Source: Callorhinchus milii (Eukaryota). Taken from it: 64,000 bases of DNA. Both the position numbers and the translations under genes were made by a program. Of the stretch, positions 23,881 through 36,954 are shown piece after piece; the first letter of the stretch is position 1; every line of letters starts with the position of its first letter. The notes under the pieces were generated by a model. The model worked only from the letters and a program-made list of their open reading frames with translations, was not told the DNA's origin and made no database searches. Location of the stretch: contig NW_024704743.1 of the NCBI RefSeq assembly GCF_018977255.1, positions 6,450,001-6,514,000 of the forward strand, given 5' to 3'.

Positions 23881-24329
23881 TCTAGAAGGTTCCCTCTGAG
23901 ATTTATCTTTTCATGGCTGAAGAGCACTAGCTAGTCTTGTTGCTCATTTTAATTCATCCTTTTAACACAGTGGATCAGCCTCATTGCATTTCTTTGCAGG
24001 AGGATCTGGGCGTTCCCTTATTGTCGCTATATCAAAACTATACTCGGTACTGTAAGAGTGGCCTAACCAGATGTGACAATATAGCTCAGCATTGTGTTTG
24101 GTTTGGGTTGTTATGCTTCACACTATTTGGGCATTGTATGTGACGGGTGATCTAGCTACTCTAAGTCTGTGAATCTAAATCACTTTTGTATACTAGTGAC
24201 AGCCAGATTCTCAGCACAGACGAATGATGCACCAAACTCAAAATCTTCCTCCGTTTTCATCTATGTTCCTTTTTGACTGGCCTCTATTCCCCTCCCTTTA
24301 ATTCCCATCTGTGTCTTAACCTTGGAAAC

Positions 24330-24440
24330 TATAAACATTGGTTTCAAAGGAATCTTTTGTGTGGTACTTTGGCAAAGGCCTTTTGGAAGTCTAGATGCAC
24401 TCTGCCACAGGGCTTTCTGCTGTCAGCTTTATTTTGGTCA
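24330..24440 (-). mobile_element. CR1 RT fragment
   Basis: VHLDFQKAFAKVPHKRFL. Confidence 0.75.
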
Positions 24441-25169
24441 CCTGGGTGTCTGACATCACCATTCTTAAAAGGGTGTGTAAGCCAGACTGAGAGTTCCACA
24501 TCTGTATTCCATCTACACATGAAATCTTCCATGTGCAAGTTCCCAGGTTTCGGAACCAGGTCAGGAACTGGACCACAATAACAACTTGCATTCATATTGC
24601 GCCCCTCAAGTGGATAGCGTCCCAGAGCATTTGAAAGTGGGTGAGTCGGACGCCGAGCCAGGTAGTGTGGGTATGTGTGGGAAACAAAGGATTGACTCGA
24701 TTCTACTTGGATCCAGTTCAGCTCCAAGGAGACCTCACTTACCTCCCCTCCAAGGTGGATAATCATTACTTGGTCATTTGATATCTGACAAGCCCAGGTT
24801 TGTACTTTTACAGTATATTCTATGAAGTGCTTTGAGATATCTCAACGCCTTGTTAAGGGGCTATATCAAATCTAAGTATTACTATTATACTTCCTATTAA
24901 AGCATGATTTAAATATTGAAATTTACTACAAGAGTATCACTGCACATAATGTTTAGGTTTGCACTGCATGAAACCAAGGCCTTGGAGATTAATTAAATGA
25001 CATCTATTGAATGTAAACAGGTAAGATTTGAATATTAAAGATTTAGGGATGGTTAGTTGTGCAGGTATTTTGCTTGACTAGGTTTGGGGAGGATCAGGGT
25101 GAAATCTTGGAAAATAAATGAAAAAGGAAATAACTAATATCTTTGGGAGTCCATAACATTAAAACTGTG

Positions 25170-25620
25170 CTTGAGGACTGAGAGAGCATTACCCCAGTGT
25201 TCAAAAAAAGAGAAAATGAACTCAGAAATTCTAGATCAATTAAATTTAACATATTTAGTTAGTATGATGTTACTGAAATATATACGGAGGACAAACAAAG
25301 AGCATGAATTGCATTTGGAGGAGTTGGCATAGACTTAAAAAGATATTAACATAAATTCTTGTGAGTTTTATTTGGGATTCAAACAACTCTCATGAAAGCC
25401 GAGAAAGCACAGAAAGTCGTCATTATAGAGCTAAAAACAAAAGATCATACTCACAAAGAGCCTGGTGTCCTTCAAGTAGGTATCTAATCATATGGATGAA
25501 GATTTATTTACTGTATTTTAATTTTCAGAAAGCATTTAATAAAGTTCCACCTTAAATAAAGTTAAGCCTCAGAGAATTAACAGAAAATTTGATAGCGGCA
25601 GTTGAAGTCTAGGTTAGCAA
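25170..25620 (+). mobile_element. CR1 RT fragment
   Basis: IYLLYFNFQKAFNKVPP, with an upstream PVFKK-like motif. Confidence 0.65.
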
Positions 25621-26399
25621 TATCAACAACAACTTGCATTTATATAGTGCTCTTCATGCAGGGCAATGTCCCGGAGCACTTGACAGTGGTGGAGTGAGAG
25701 GGAGGGGGGAGGTGACCGTAAGCACGATCAAAAAGGAAGGTCTTTAGGTGGGATGTCAAGCAATATTAAATAGTAGGTAGTCATCAATGTTAAAAGCTTT
25801 GGGTAGGAATGGTGGCAGGAATCTGATCCAGGCACCTTGGGATAGAAATTTCACCCAGGTGTAGATTGACTCTGTGAGTTCTGTAAGTTCTTTTAAGGAC
25901 TGCAGGAAATAGGTTTCAAACTTAAGACTGATTTCAATGTTTTGCCAAATTGTGGATTCTCTGAAAGAAAATAGAGTAAATGTTCCACTCAGGTGGAATT
26001 TCCATCCCTTTACTCTTCACACATGTATATATTCTTTTGGATACATGTGTTATCATACGTAAAAAAATGGTGATGAATAACAACAAAATACCAGCAGAAA
26101 TGATGATGATTCCTGTATATAGAGTTCCAAATTATGAGGAGAAGCTCACAGAACTCAACTAGGTTTCATTGAGAGAAGAATACTAAGGATATGCATACCC
26201 TGAGTTTTTAGAAGTAAGATACATAAATGATGAAAGAACATAAAAAACAAACAAGAAATATATTTGATTCAGTTACAAGCAAAACCTAATCCATTGGGGT
26301 CTTAAATCCAGTCATTGTTTCCTGGGGAGAAAGGTTCTGCCAACATTGTATTTATTTTGTGCCCTTCAGTTGGGAGGAGATCCCCAGGTGTTGGAGAGT

Positions 26400-27115
26400 T
26401 GAGGGTTTGCACCCGAGCTATGGGATAGATTTGGGAGGGGTGGGAGCCAAAGGGTGGAGTGGGGAGAAAGATGACTGAAGGTGTGGTCAAAGAGGAAGGT
26501 CTTGAGATGGACCTTGAGGAAAGTGGCGAGGCGAGATGACTCTGGGATGGAGTTCCAGGGAGTAGGGTCGGATCCCCAAAAGAATGCAAAAGCAAAGCCT
26601 CTAAAAAATGTATTCCAGAGAATTCCAAAGTCCCCCTTCACCTTGCCCCCTCCCTCCCTCTTTCAAACCCCACCTAAAAGCATGTTTTCGACATGTTTGT
26701 GCCCCTCCCCCCTACAGCCACATTTCATCGCCAGCTCGACTCTCACTCCATACCTGTAAAGCAGTTTGAGATGTTCTCCTATGAGAAAGGTCTTGTATAA
26801 GTACAAATTGTTGTTGTTGATCTATTTGGCCTATCATGTCTGTCCTGGCTATTTGAAGAACAATCCTTTCACTCCCATTTACCCCATTCCCCTGTAGTGT
26901 TTAATTATTGGTATGTGTCTAGTTCTCTCTTAAAGCCTGATATGGATTCTGCCTCAACCATGCTCACAGCAAGGCATTCCATATCCCGAACACTCAGGGT
27001 GTGAAAAAAATTCTGTTAACCTTACCATTAGTTTGCTTGTTTAACTATCTTAAGTTGATGCCTCTAGTCACTGACTTGCCAGTCAGTGGAAATAATTTCT
27101 CCCTGAAATGTCCTG
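26400..27115. mobile_element. Cluster of L2 3' ends (minus then plus) and a CR1 3' end (minus)
   Basis: WNSIPESSRLATFLKVHLKTFLFD on the minus strand; GTT tail near 26810; CR1-like tail from 26820 to 27115. Confidence 0.7.
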
Positions 27116-27234
27116 AAGGTGAAATTGTGTATTTGAGTCGCTTTGTTAACATCAGCATTGCATGGAAACTTTCGATGAGTTATCAATTTGTACACACAAA
27201 TCCTTTTCTTTCTCACCTCTGATTATTGATATCA

Positions 27235-27575
27235 AGGCCCACATTAGGGACTTTGAACTCAGGTTCACAGTAACGCTCCAGTGTAGTGTTGGACGATGGG
27301 GACATTGTTGGAGGCGCAGTCCTTAGGATGAGACATTAAACCAAGATCCTGTTTTCCATTCAAGTGGATGTTAAAGAATCTGTGACACTTTTTGAAATTA
27401 AAAACACATTTCTCTTCGTATCCTGGCATCCAATACTCCAGATAAATTGATCATTCACCTTGCACTTGTGTTTTAGAACATTGCTGTGTACAAATGTACA
27501 ATCACTATACTTACTGTAAAGTTCTTTGAGACATTTTGACATAATAGGAGCAAAATCAAAAATTATTATAATCTA
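27235..27575 (+). mobile_element. Deu-domain-like SINE
   Basis: ggatgagacattaaaccaagatcctg...gtggatgttaaagaatc. Confidence 0.7.
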
Positions 27576-27799
27576 ATTACAAGTGTATTGTTCCTGTTAC
27601 AATGTGCATTACCTTACATTTGTCTGCAAGAACATTGACCTGCTATTCCATGAACCATCTGCTGGTTTAATTCAGGTCTTGTGTACTACAACAACAACTT
27701 GCATTTATATAGCGCCCTTCACACTGGATGGCATCTCGGATCGCTTAATAGTGGTGGAGCCCAATGCTGAGGAGTGTGCTATTTATCCTCCTCATGTTA

Positions 27800-29348
27800 T
27801 TCATGACCTCCATCACCAATCAGCTCCTCCGCCCACCCTCTCATGCCTCGCCCATCGTCTCCTCCAACGCCAACTGTGTGGAAATGCTGGACTTCCTCAA
27901 AACCAAAGTTTCGGGAATCCGTTCAGCTGCCTTTGCCTTTCTGACCCCCGCCCCATTTCCCCCTCACATCCTGGCCCCTACTCATCCCTCCCTCCACATC
28001 TTCATTGCTGTCCCCCCCTCTCCCTGTCCACTGGCACTGTTCCCACCCCTCTAAAAACTGCCGTCATCACTCCTAGCCTTAAAAAAACCCTCCCATAGCA
28101 CAGAAGCAGCTTTTGTCAAAATGACAAATGATATTTTATCCATCTGTGAACAGAGCGCCCTCTGCCTCCTCATCCTTCTTGACCTCTCTGCTGCCTTCAA
28201 TACCGTTGACCACTCTCCTCCTCCACCACTTCTTCTCTCACCTCAACCTTCATGGTTCTTTCCTTGAATGGTTCAGATCCTATCTCTTACGCTGTCTCCA
28301 CTTCATCTCCACAAACAGCTTCTCCTCCATCCCTCGCACAATCTCGTGCAGAGTTCCTCAGGGCTCTGTCCTTGGTCCCCTCCTCTTCAATATCTATATG
28401 CTCCCCCTTGGTGACATCATCCGCAGACATGGGGTCAACTTCCACATGTATGCGGATAACACCCAACTCTATCTCTCTGCCTCCACCCTCAACTTCAGGA
28501 CCACTGCTGTCCTGACAGAATGTCTGTTAGACATCAAGTTCTGGATGAGAGCTAACTTCAGTTCAGTGTCAGCAAGAATAAGGCTCTCCTGATTGGCTCA
28601 CATCAACGCCTCCACACCTCAGGCACTGAGAGTATCACCATCCAAGGATACACACTCCACCTTACTAAGCCAGTTCAGAACCTTGGGGTCCTTTTTGACT
28701 CTCAGTTATCCTTTCTGTCCCACATCCATGCCAACATCACCTGGCTCTGCCATTGTCTCACACCACAGGCCACTGAGACGCTTATACACCCCTTCATAAC
28801 ATCCAGGCTCAACTACGCAAACTTGCTGCTTGTCGGCCTTCCCAACTCCTCCCTCCATAGGCTGCAGACCATCCAGAACTCTGCACCCCATGTCCTCTCC
28901 TACACCAGGTTCTGTGACTCTATCACCCCCATCCTCGCCCGACTCCATAGGCTTCTCATCATACAGAGCATACAGTTCAAGATCCTGGTCCTCACCTTCA
29001 AAGCCCTCCATGGCCTTGCTCCCCCCTACCTCTACGACCTATCTCCCTACTAACCTGCCCGTTCCCTCCGCTCAGCGGACTCCGGCCTGCTCCAATGGTG
29101 GGTGGGCCTTCTGCCACTCTGCCTCCACCCTCTGAAACTCCATCCCACAGTCCCTCCAGCTCGCCCCCTCCCTTCCCTCCTTCAAGATCCGTCTCAAGAC
29201 CCTCCTCTTCAACCGTGCCTTCGGTCACCCTCCTTCTCCACCCACCTCGATCCCGGACACCCCAGCTCGGGTCTGAAACACTGATTGTCCAATGCACTGG
29301 GACATCCTCCTGACATGAAAGGTGCTTTCCAAATGTAATTTTGTTGTG
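27800..29348 (+). mobile_element. L2 LINE, RT to 3' tail, internally deleted
   Basis: [52 protein letters not shown]; tail aaatgtaattttgttg. Confidence 0.92.
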
Positions 29349-29529
29349 TTATTCACCCATCCTAATACCTTATCGTCAATAAATTTTATATTATGTAAAC
29401 TGCTTTCCTCCATATCATTTATATATATTATACTGTGAAACATGTGGACAAAGAACAGGCCTTTGCAGCATTTAGCTATTTACTGCCCCTAGGCAGAATG
29501 ATTCTAATTCTCATCACCTTTTACTTCCT

Positions 29530-29680
29530 ATTGCTAAGTCCAGTTTTGAATTCAACTAGGAATTTGCCATCAATACCATGACCTCTAATCTTCATTATCA
29601 GTCTCACATGTGGGACTTTATCAAATACCTTCTTAAATTCCGTGTAAATTATATCCACTGGCTCGGCCCCCTTAATTTGA
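29530..29680 (-). mobile_element. CR1 RT fragment
   Basis: Minus strand reads PVDIIYTEFKKVFDKVPHVRL. Confidence 0.7.
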
Positions 29681-30219
29681 TATAAGCATCCGATTTGACT
29701 TGGATGTTAAGCCCCGGGAAAAGCTGAAGCTTAGAATATTTTTTTGCCCACGGAGTAATAGATATGTGGAACAGACCTCTCATAAAAATAGTTGGTCAGA
29801 TTGATTAATTCCTTTCAAAAATAGCTGAATAAATACATGTTTGAGGGATAGTTAAAAAGGTAACTATAGACGAACATAATCTAATATCCTAAGGGACACA
29901 ATTGCGTTGCTGGGATTAATCAGTTGCCATAAGGCCAACAAGATAAGTCAGCATTGAATAATGGAAGTATCAGGACAAATAGCTTGTCTGGAGCTTATCA
30001 AGATTATCAATCAGGAAAGTTTCAGGAGATTAAATAGATAGGGAAACATCCATGATATGGTAGATTGTGCATGGATGATGGAAGGAGAAAGCGTGATTCA
30101 TTATGTGTTTCTCATACATTGCTGTTGCTAATTATTGTTATAAACTACTTCACACAGTCCTAGTAGTGATGTACAATTTCAAAAACTGCAACATGCTGCG
30201 TATGTAGCAGAAACCATAA

Positions 30220-31747
30220 ATTTCATGCACTTCATTGTTTATTACAGCGATAAGTTATAAGTTTGTAAAATTAATTGTCATAAGTTGCTTCCTGAACAGA
30301 CCAGAGTAATTAAAGCATATACAGAAAAAGACTACACAGAATAAAAATAATCTTGGAACTATCATTTTGCTTGGTTTAAGATATATTAAAAAATGACACT
30401 AACATACAAAGCCTTTTTAAAGCAGCTTTCTTTTGTACATGTCGAAATACATAATTCAATGTCAGCTTTACAGCAAATGGCATATTACAAAATGCAATTT
30501 TAACAGGTTGCATAAAAAGTATAAAAATATTTACAAAGACTATCTCAAAATACACTATTTTCATTGCACAAATAGGAGAGCATGCCAGGAATGAAGTTAC
30601 ACTGGGTTGTCCTTCAATATTACATCGGACAGTTTTGGTTTGAAAGCAAGATTTTGTTTTACAAATAAAAGTCTTTCTTTGATATTCCAGGATTTTTTTT
30701 AGTTTGGTAGATACTCTTCCAAATTATGTGAATGTTACAGACTCCTAAAGTCTCTCGAAAGTTACAAACACTTTTAGGACTTTAGTAGCATACCATTTAA
30801 ACTTACTCCGTGTACTCTGGGTACACTTAATCTGCTTTGTTCATTTTTTTCTTTATTGCTTAGTTTTACAAGTCGGTATTTTATTCTAGCAGACAATGTC
30901 AAACAGGGGGAGAAGAAATTCATTTCAGAGACCTGTTTAATCAAAGCTAATACTGTGTATTCTTTCATTTTGTGAGGTGGGAAATGGAATATTATCACCA
31001 ATGACAAACAATCATTTCAATGCGGTTTAACTCTGGAACTTTTCAGTATAAATTTAGCACATTTGAATCCTGAGTGCAAAAAGGTAGCTGTTTCTAATTA
31101 GATCACAGTTGATATCTGCATGCCGTGCCAATCATTGTGTGTTTTCAACACATGTTCTCTGAGACTAAACAGCATCAACAAAGTGTGACTGGAGTCAAAA
31201 TAAAGTGTCATGCCAAAACAACACCAATGTTTTTTTTTTCCAAGACCACAATGTACATTCCTGTGTTGTAGACTATTTTTGATTTGTCAAATAAGAGCTT
31301 TACACTATGGAACTGATCCGTTATTCAAAAGTACAATTTCATTGCTGTAAAAATGCTTTCAGTGTGCAACTCGTAGCTTATCGATACATTATTTATATTA
31401 CAAGGTACTCACGACAACAACATTGATGCAGGTGTCTATGATTAATTGGAGTAATATAAAATAAGTTAATACTTTGATAGAAATTGTACTGTCTTACAAT
31501 TTACAGTCAGTTCTTGCACAAAAATAAGCTGGCCAACAACAGCAGAAATACATGTGCAATCCCAAAAGATTTTAAAAACTGCTGAAAAATCCTAAATATA
31601 TTAATAAACATAAGATTAGATTAAAAAAAGTCTTGTTCTAAACTGGCCTCAGGGCCAGGGGTCAGTATTTGGTTGCAGCATTTTTATTCATTTATGGAAT
31701 GTTTTTTTTTTTGCTTTGTAAATCTCCAAATCATTCAATCTTCGTTC
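30220..31747 (-). other. MKX: MKX 3' UTR (predicted)
   Basis: Repeat-free AU-rich 1.5 kb after the stop codon, ending near an AATAAA followed by GU-rich sequence. Confidence 0.65.
30238..30243 (-). promoter_or_regulatory. MKX: Candidate distal polyadenylation signal (AATAAA)
   Basis: tttatt on the plus strand, with tttatggtttctg downstream on the minus strand. Other AATAAA hexamers at 31683-31688, 30880-30885 and 30852-30857. Confidence 0.55.
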
Positions 31748-31934
31748 TCAGAATTGATTAGTCGGTGAAATTTTCAACGTCTTAATTTCTGAAATATGCG
31801 AAGACTTCTGAATGATACAGCTGGTTGTTCCTTGGAGTTTGCCCTTTGCTTGTGCAAGATTTGTCAAGGCCATGGCTGCATTAATTTCTTTCCAGTAGGT
31901 TTCGTCTTTGTAAGTTTCCTTTTTCTTTGGAGCA
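31748..31934 (-). CDS. MKX: Mohawk homeobox, last coding exon (exon 7)
   Basis: Acceptor ttttttccag. Translates APKKKETYKDETYWKEINAAMALTNLAQAKGKLQGTTSCIIQKSSHISEIKTLKISPTNQF*, matching the conserved MKX C-terminus. Confidence 0.96.
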
Positions 31935-31969
31935 CTGGAAAAAACAAAATAAAGACTAACATTTTAGTC

Positions 31970-32354
31970 TCGATTTCAAGATCCTCACACTTCTTCAAAG
32001 CTCTTCATGCTCTGGCACCTCCCTACCTCTCCAACCTGCTTACTACCCAACCCAATATCCGCCTCCTCTGCTCGACCAGCTCCGGCCTCCTGCTTGTCCC
32101 TCGTATCCACCATCCCACCATCGGTGGCTGGGCTTTCAGCCACTCGCCCCGAAACTCTGGAACACTCTTCCTCTATCTCTCTGCCTTGTCCCCTCTTTTC
32201 CCATCTTCACGTCTCATCTGAAGACCTTCCTCTTCGACTGTGCCTACGGTTACCTCCCCTTCCCCCCAGGTTGGCATCATGCTCCGCCACTACCAAGTGC
32301 TCTGGGAAGCTACCCTGTGTGAGGGGTGATATATAAATGTAAATTGTTGTTGTC
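31970..32354 (+). mobile_element. L2 3' end inside MKX intron 6
   Basis: FKALHALAPPYLSNLL...TIGGWAFSH; tail aaatgtaaattgttgttg. Confidence 0.88.
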
Positions 32355-32420
32355 TGTAAGCTAAGATGGACATGAATCAAAGATAGTGCAACAGATACAA
32401 TGGTCTTCAAATTCACTAAC

Positions 32421-32454
32421 CTGACAAATCTGTTTGGCCCCTGTTCCAATGTTT
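32421..32454 (-). CDS. MKX: Mohawk homeobox, 34-nt exon (exon 6)
   Basis: ttttgttatcag|AAACATTGGAACAGGGGCCAAACAGATTTGTCAG|gttagt, encoding (E)TLEQGPNRFV(S). It bridges phase 1 to phase 2 exactly as the flanking exons require. Confidence 0.88.
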
Positions 32455-32905
32455 CTGATAACAAAAGAAAAGTATGTTATTTTTTTCAGTCTTACAAAAC
32501 TAACTCAGAACATACTTCCTTGTTTCAGTGGACTTTTTGAGTGGGGTAGGAGAGGGAATGTGTAGAAAGAAGAATAAGGTCACACATTGCTATTAGTATT
32601 CCAGCTAGGAGAACAAGAAATCAACTTTTGCATTAGTCCTTTGAATCTAATACCTGTACTGCTCAGTGGATTGTATATATTGTACATGATACAAGAGTGA
32701 AATTGACAATGCCAGGTTCTACCACAAGATAATTCACTTCTGAATGAAATAGGAACCAGATGTAAGAAGGCTTATTTTTAAGCTTGCTGCTTATTTAACG
32801 CTCATCATATCTAGCTGTACATAAATGCGACTGTTTCGTGGACAGCCTATTGAAAAATAATCTTTTCTCTGTTTTGCCTTTGAATACTAATTTTGTCATT
32901 GTGAT

Positions 32906-33490
32906 GTGCGAAATTGCTTGCCGTGTTTCGCCCACAAAATACACAGTCAATCCACTTTACAATACATGAAGCCCGGCTTCACTGGCTCTATAACCCTCAG
33001 AGAATTGAGTATGTACAAAACCCTCGATCTCACCTTCAAAGTCCTCCACGGTCTTGTTCCCCCATACCTCCCCCACCTCCTAACCCCATATCAGCCTGTC
33101 CACTCCCTCCGCTCAGTGGACACCGGCTTGCTTCAGGTCCCCGCTCTTCCTGCCCCACAATTAGCGGTCGGGCATTCAGCATCTCTGCCCCCACAGTCTG
33201 GAACTTTATCTCGCCTCACCCCCCTCTTTTGTCTCCTTCAAGTCCCGTCTAAAGACCTTCCTCTTCGACTGTGCCTTCGGCCTGCCTCCCACCCACCCCC
33301 ACCCGGCCTCCACCCTCCTGACCCAACTTCCAGCTCGAGTCAAAAAAAAACCTGACTGTCCAGACTGAGACGTCTTTCTGGTGTGAAGAGCGCGATACAA
33401 GTGTAATTTTTGTTGTTGTATATTCTGTGAAGCGCTTTGAGACGACTCCTCAAAGTGATAAGGCGCTATATCAAATGCAAAGATTATTAC
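32906..33490 (+). mobile_element. SINE 3' half split by an L2 3' fragment (about 32968-33418)
   Basis: SINE ...tccactttacaatacat resumes as tatattctgtgaagcgc after the L2 GTT tail. Confidence 0.85.
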
Positions 33491-34924
33491 TGTGACAGTC
33501 CCTCATGCAAAAAAGATAAGTTTCAAAAGGTGCATTGGATGGACCCTATATAAAATCTGTCATATTGAACTACTTCAGAAATTGATTGTCCAGTAACATT
33601 AGCACGAATACTTCAGACTCTACTTTTTTTTAAAAGAAAAACATGGTATTCCAATATTAAACACATGCAAAAATCTATGTAACTGAAACCAGGTTACAAC
33701 AATTCTAAAGTCATTATTTCTGTTTAAGCAGTCAGGCAACACAGGCATGAAGCAAATGCTTTCCAATCTGCCTTAGGTTTGCACAGCTGCGCCCACTGTA
33801 CTCTGTTTTAGCTGTGTCCACTTTAATCTAGATCTGACAGATCTGACACACGTAACCATGTGCCAAATACATTGTACCTAGAAACCTTTTTGACAGAACT
33901 GTTGTCGTAATTTGGGAACATTTAAATTATTTTGTGCTCTTTTAGCGGGATTGTAACCTAGCAGAATTCAGAATGATGTTCCGACTTTTTAATTAAAAAA
34001 AGCCCTCTTTGAAAGGTTAAAGATAGTTTACATTCTTCGTAACCAAACATTATGTGGATTTAACAGTTCAAGCTGTGCCTGTTAGCAGTGTTTTCCAGGC
34101 TATCTCATCTACTTTTAATTAATAGCCAAAAACTGCACAATTGAGTCAGCACAATTTGATAATTAATTACAGGCAGATATATTATCAAAGGGCAGAATGT
34201 GACGCTTGTACTTAGGAGTGATTTCCAGTGCAAGCCATAGCCATGAAAAATGGACCGAAAAAGGGATTTGTTCTGCACATGTTCTCAAACAGAGCTGAAC
34301 AAAATTGCATGAGATTTTCAAAGGAGACATCTTCTTCCTATTAGTTGAATGTTTCAGCAATAGGCAACCTACCAGCACACAAGTGTAGATGCCGGTCACA
34401 GCGGTCATCTGGAGCAGACTTATTTCTGAAACATCCACTTTCATCTACATTTAATTGATAGCCTTTTTTTATTTATTTTTTTAGGTATGAAAGCCAAACA
34501 CTGCCTGAATCAAGATAGCACAATAATTAAACCCAGACAATATGATCAAAGAGCATGATGCAGCTCTAGTATTGAGATGTGCTTATTGTAACAAACTCCA
34601 GTTCTCCACGTAGTAGTATATGATAGTACTGTATAGGAATAGCTTATGCATAGAACGCAGTTTCAAATGTAACTTAGTAGGACTAAGTTTCAAAGATCTT
34701 TCTTATATTTGCTTTACATTTCAGAAAACGGTAGGTTGCCAGCGCTTACAGAACTGGAGATGTTAGTCATCCATTAGTGACTAATTTTCCGAACAAGCAT
34801 TGCATGCTGAAGAAACCAAGGCCAGCCCTGACTTGGCTGATAGCTAGGCTGAACCTTTGCTTTTTTTTGTCTCAATTGTATTACTAGTCGATGCATCAAT
34901 TTCACTTACAAACCGTAACCTCAG

Positions 34925-35230
34925 GCAGTTGTCAGCTTGGCTCAGTAGGTGTGACTTAGTGACTTCGAACTTGTGGTCTAGTCTGAACCTCCAATGCTGG
35001 GAGAACACTACATTGTTGGATGAGATTTTAAACTGAGCTCCCATCTGTTCAGATTGCAAAGACTCAACCCAACGAGTCCATGCCGGTGTTTATACTCCAC
35101 ACGAGTTTTCAAGATCTCAGGATTTTATTCAAAAAGAGTAGGGAAGTTCTCCCAAAGTCCTGGGCAGCAATCCTCCAGATATAATTGGTCATTCATTTCA
35201 TGGCACTATTACATGCAAATTTGCATCCAA
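34925..35230 (+). mobile_element. Deu-domain-like SINE remnant
   Basis: gtcagcttggctcagtaggt head; ggatgagattttaaactgagctcccatctg. Confidence 0.55.
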
Positions 35231-35817
35231 ATATAATGATAATAGTCCTTGCATGTAAATATAGCACCTAATCACGTCATTAAGCCACCTCAAAGTGCTT
35301 CACAGGATTTTACTGTGAAACGTAGTGACGGTGTATTTGTAATATGCCTTCACAACAGCGTATCACAGAATTTTTTACACTACAGAAGAAGGTTATTCAT
35401 CCCATCGTGCCTGTGCCATCTTATTCTTTGTATGGTTTCTAAATACTGTTAGAAAGACACCAATTTTCGAAACTTATAGTAAAACAAGATAATGACAGAA
35501 CTGTTAACTGAGAAATAAATAGGAGTTATACAGAAACAGAAACAATGCTTCATTTTTTATTTTGAAAGTGGAAGTATGCTTACTTCTCAGTTAACATTAA
35601 CATGTCAGTTATAAACCAAATCCTTGGCTCTTTTTCTGATCAGAAAAATCAGACTGTGCTTCTCAGTAGAAATATTAGATGCAAAATAGAAGATTATTTG
35701 CATAAAAATAACCTAAGAGATGACACCAGCAAGAAAGGGCATATCTTGGCTCACTAAACTCAGACTTTTTTTCTGCTGAGATGTCACTCCAATTTGACAG
35801 TAATAGCTCTCATTGAG

Positions 35818-36300
35818 AGTTCAAGCCTGTACTTGTTAGGTGTCAAATGACCAAGTAGTGACAATCCTCCTTGGAGAGGAGTTAAGGGGGTCTCCTCTGA
35901 GCTGAGCTGGATCCAAAAGGATATGCTTGGCATCGGAATGTCAGAATCAAGTCAATCCTCTGCAATGCACTCGGACTGTGCTTACGGTCACCCCAGTGTC
36001 TTCCCATCTTTTATAATGGTTTCTCCTCCTCACCCTCATGCACAGCCGCTTGTGGCATTCCTCTGGGGTCTATCCTCGGTCCTCTTGTTTTCATCATCTA
36101 TATGGTGACATCATCCATATGTATAGATCACATCTATCTCCCTTCCTTTACTCTTGAATCCAGAACCACTACTTTTCTTACTGACAATAATAATAATAAG
36201 AATCTTTGCATCTGAAATAATGCCTTACCCTGTCATTGAGACGTCTCCAAGCGCTTTACAGAATATATTGTAAAAAGGATTAACTACATTTTGTGGGTGA
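35818..36300. repeat. Inverted duplicate of 24686-24806 and 23325-23629
   Basis: Colinear reverse-complement similarity, including an identical L2/SINE junction. Confidence 0.85.
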
Positions 36301-36580
36301 AACACAGCAAGCAATTGCAAACGACAGTGTCCCAGAAAACAGTCATGGATTGAATGACCAAATTATTATTTTCTTGGAGCGATTATTATCCCCGGAAAGC
36401 GATCTGCCAATCAACTAACAACTGGGTTCCGATTTACTGCTACATAAACAGAAGCGTGTGGAGTAACAGCAATTTGCATTTTTTAAGGAAACTTGCCTAG
36501 GTTTCGACCTGCCCGAGATTCAAACCCAGGTCCTCTCTCTTATGAGGCAAGCCTGCTAATCGCTACATTAACGGAATCCA
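36186..36580 (-). mobile_element. tRNA-headed SINE, full length
   Basis: Tail, central domain and degenerate head present. Confidence 0.85.
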
Positions 36581-36954
36581 CCTAGGCTACAGGACATCAA
36601 TATCCATTATACATTAGTACAATACAATACAATTTGAGGCACCTTTCCCATCAGAAGGACAACTCAAAGCACTTCACAGTGTTAAGTGAGCTATAATTTT
36701 CTCCAGCTAAGTGACAGCAAGACTGAGGCTCTCCTGTTCTGCTTGGCTCCTGTAAGTGCCTTCTCACCTCAACTCTGATCCCAATTTCCCGCTTTTTCTC
36801 CAAACTCTTTTACTGTCTTGACATTTTGCCAATAAAATAAATTTAAGCGTCACCAATTAACTTGCTTGGTTAAATGGAACCTGGATTGATCCAATCCTCA
36901 CTGAAATTTCCCACAGGGGCACTTTTATCACTTGAATTTGGGACTTGGCTAGCT

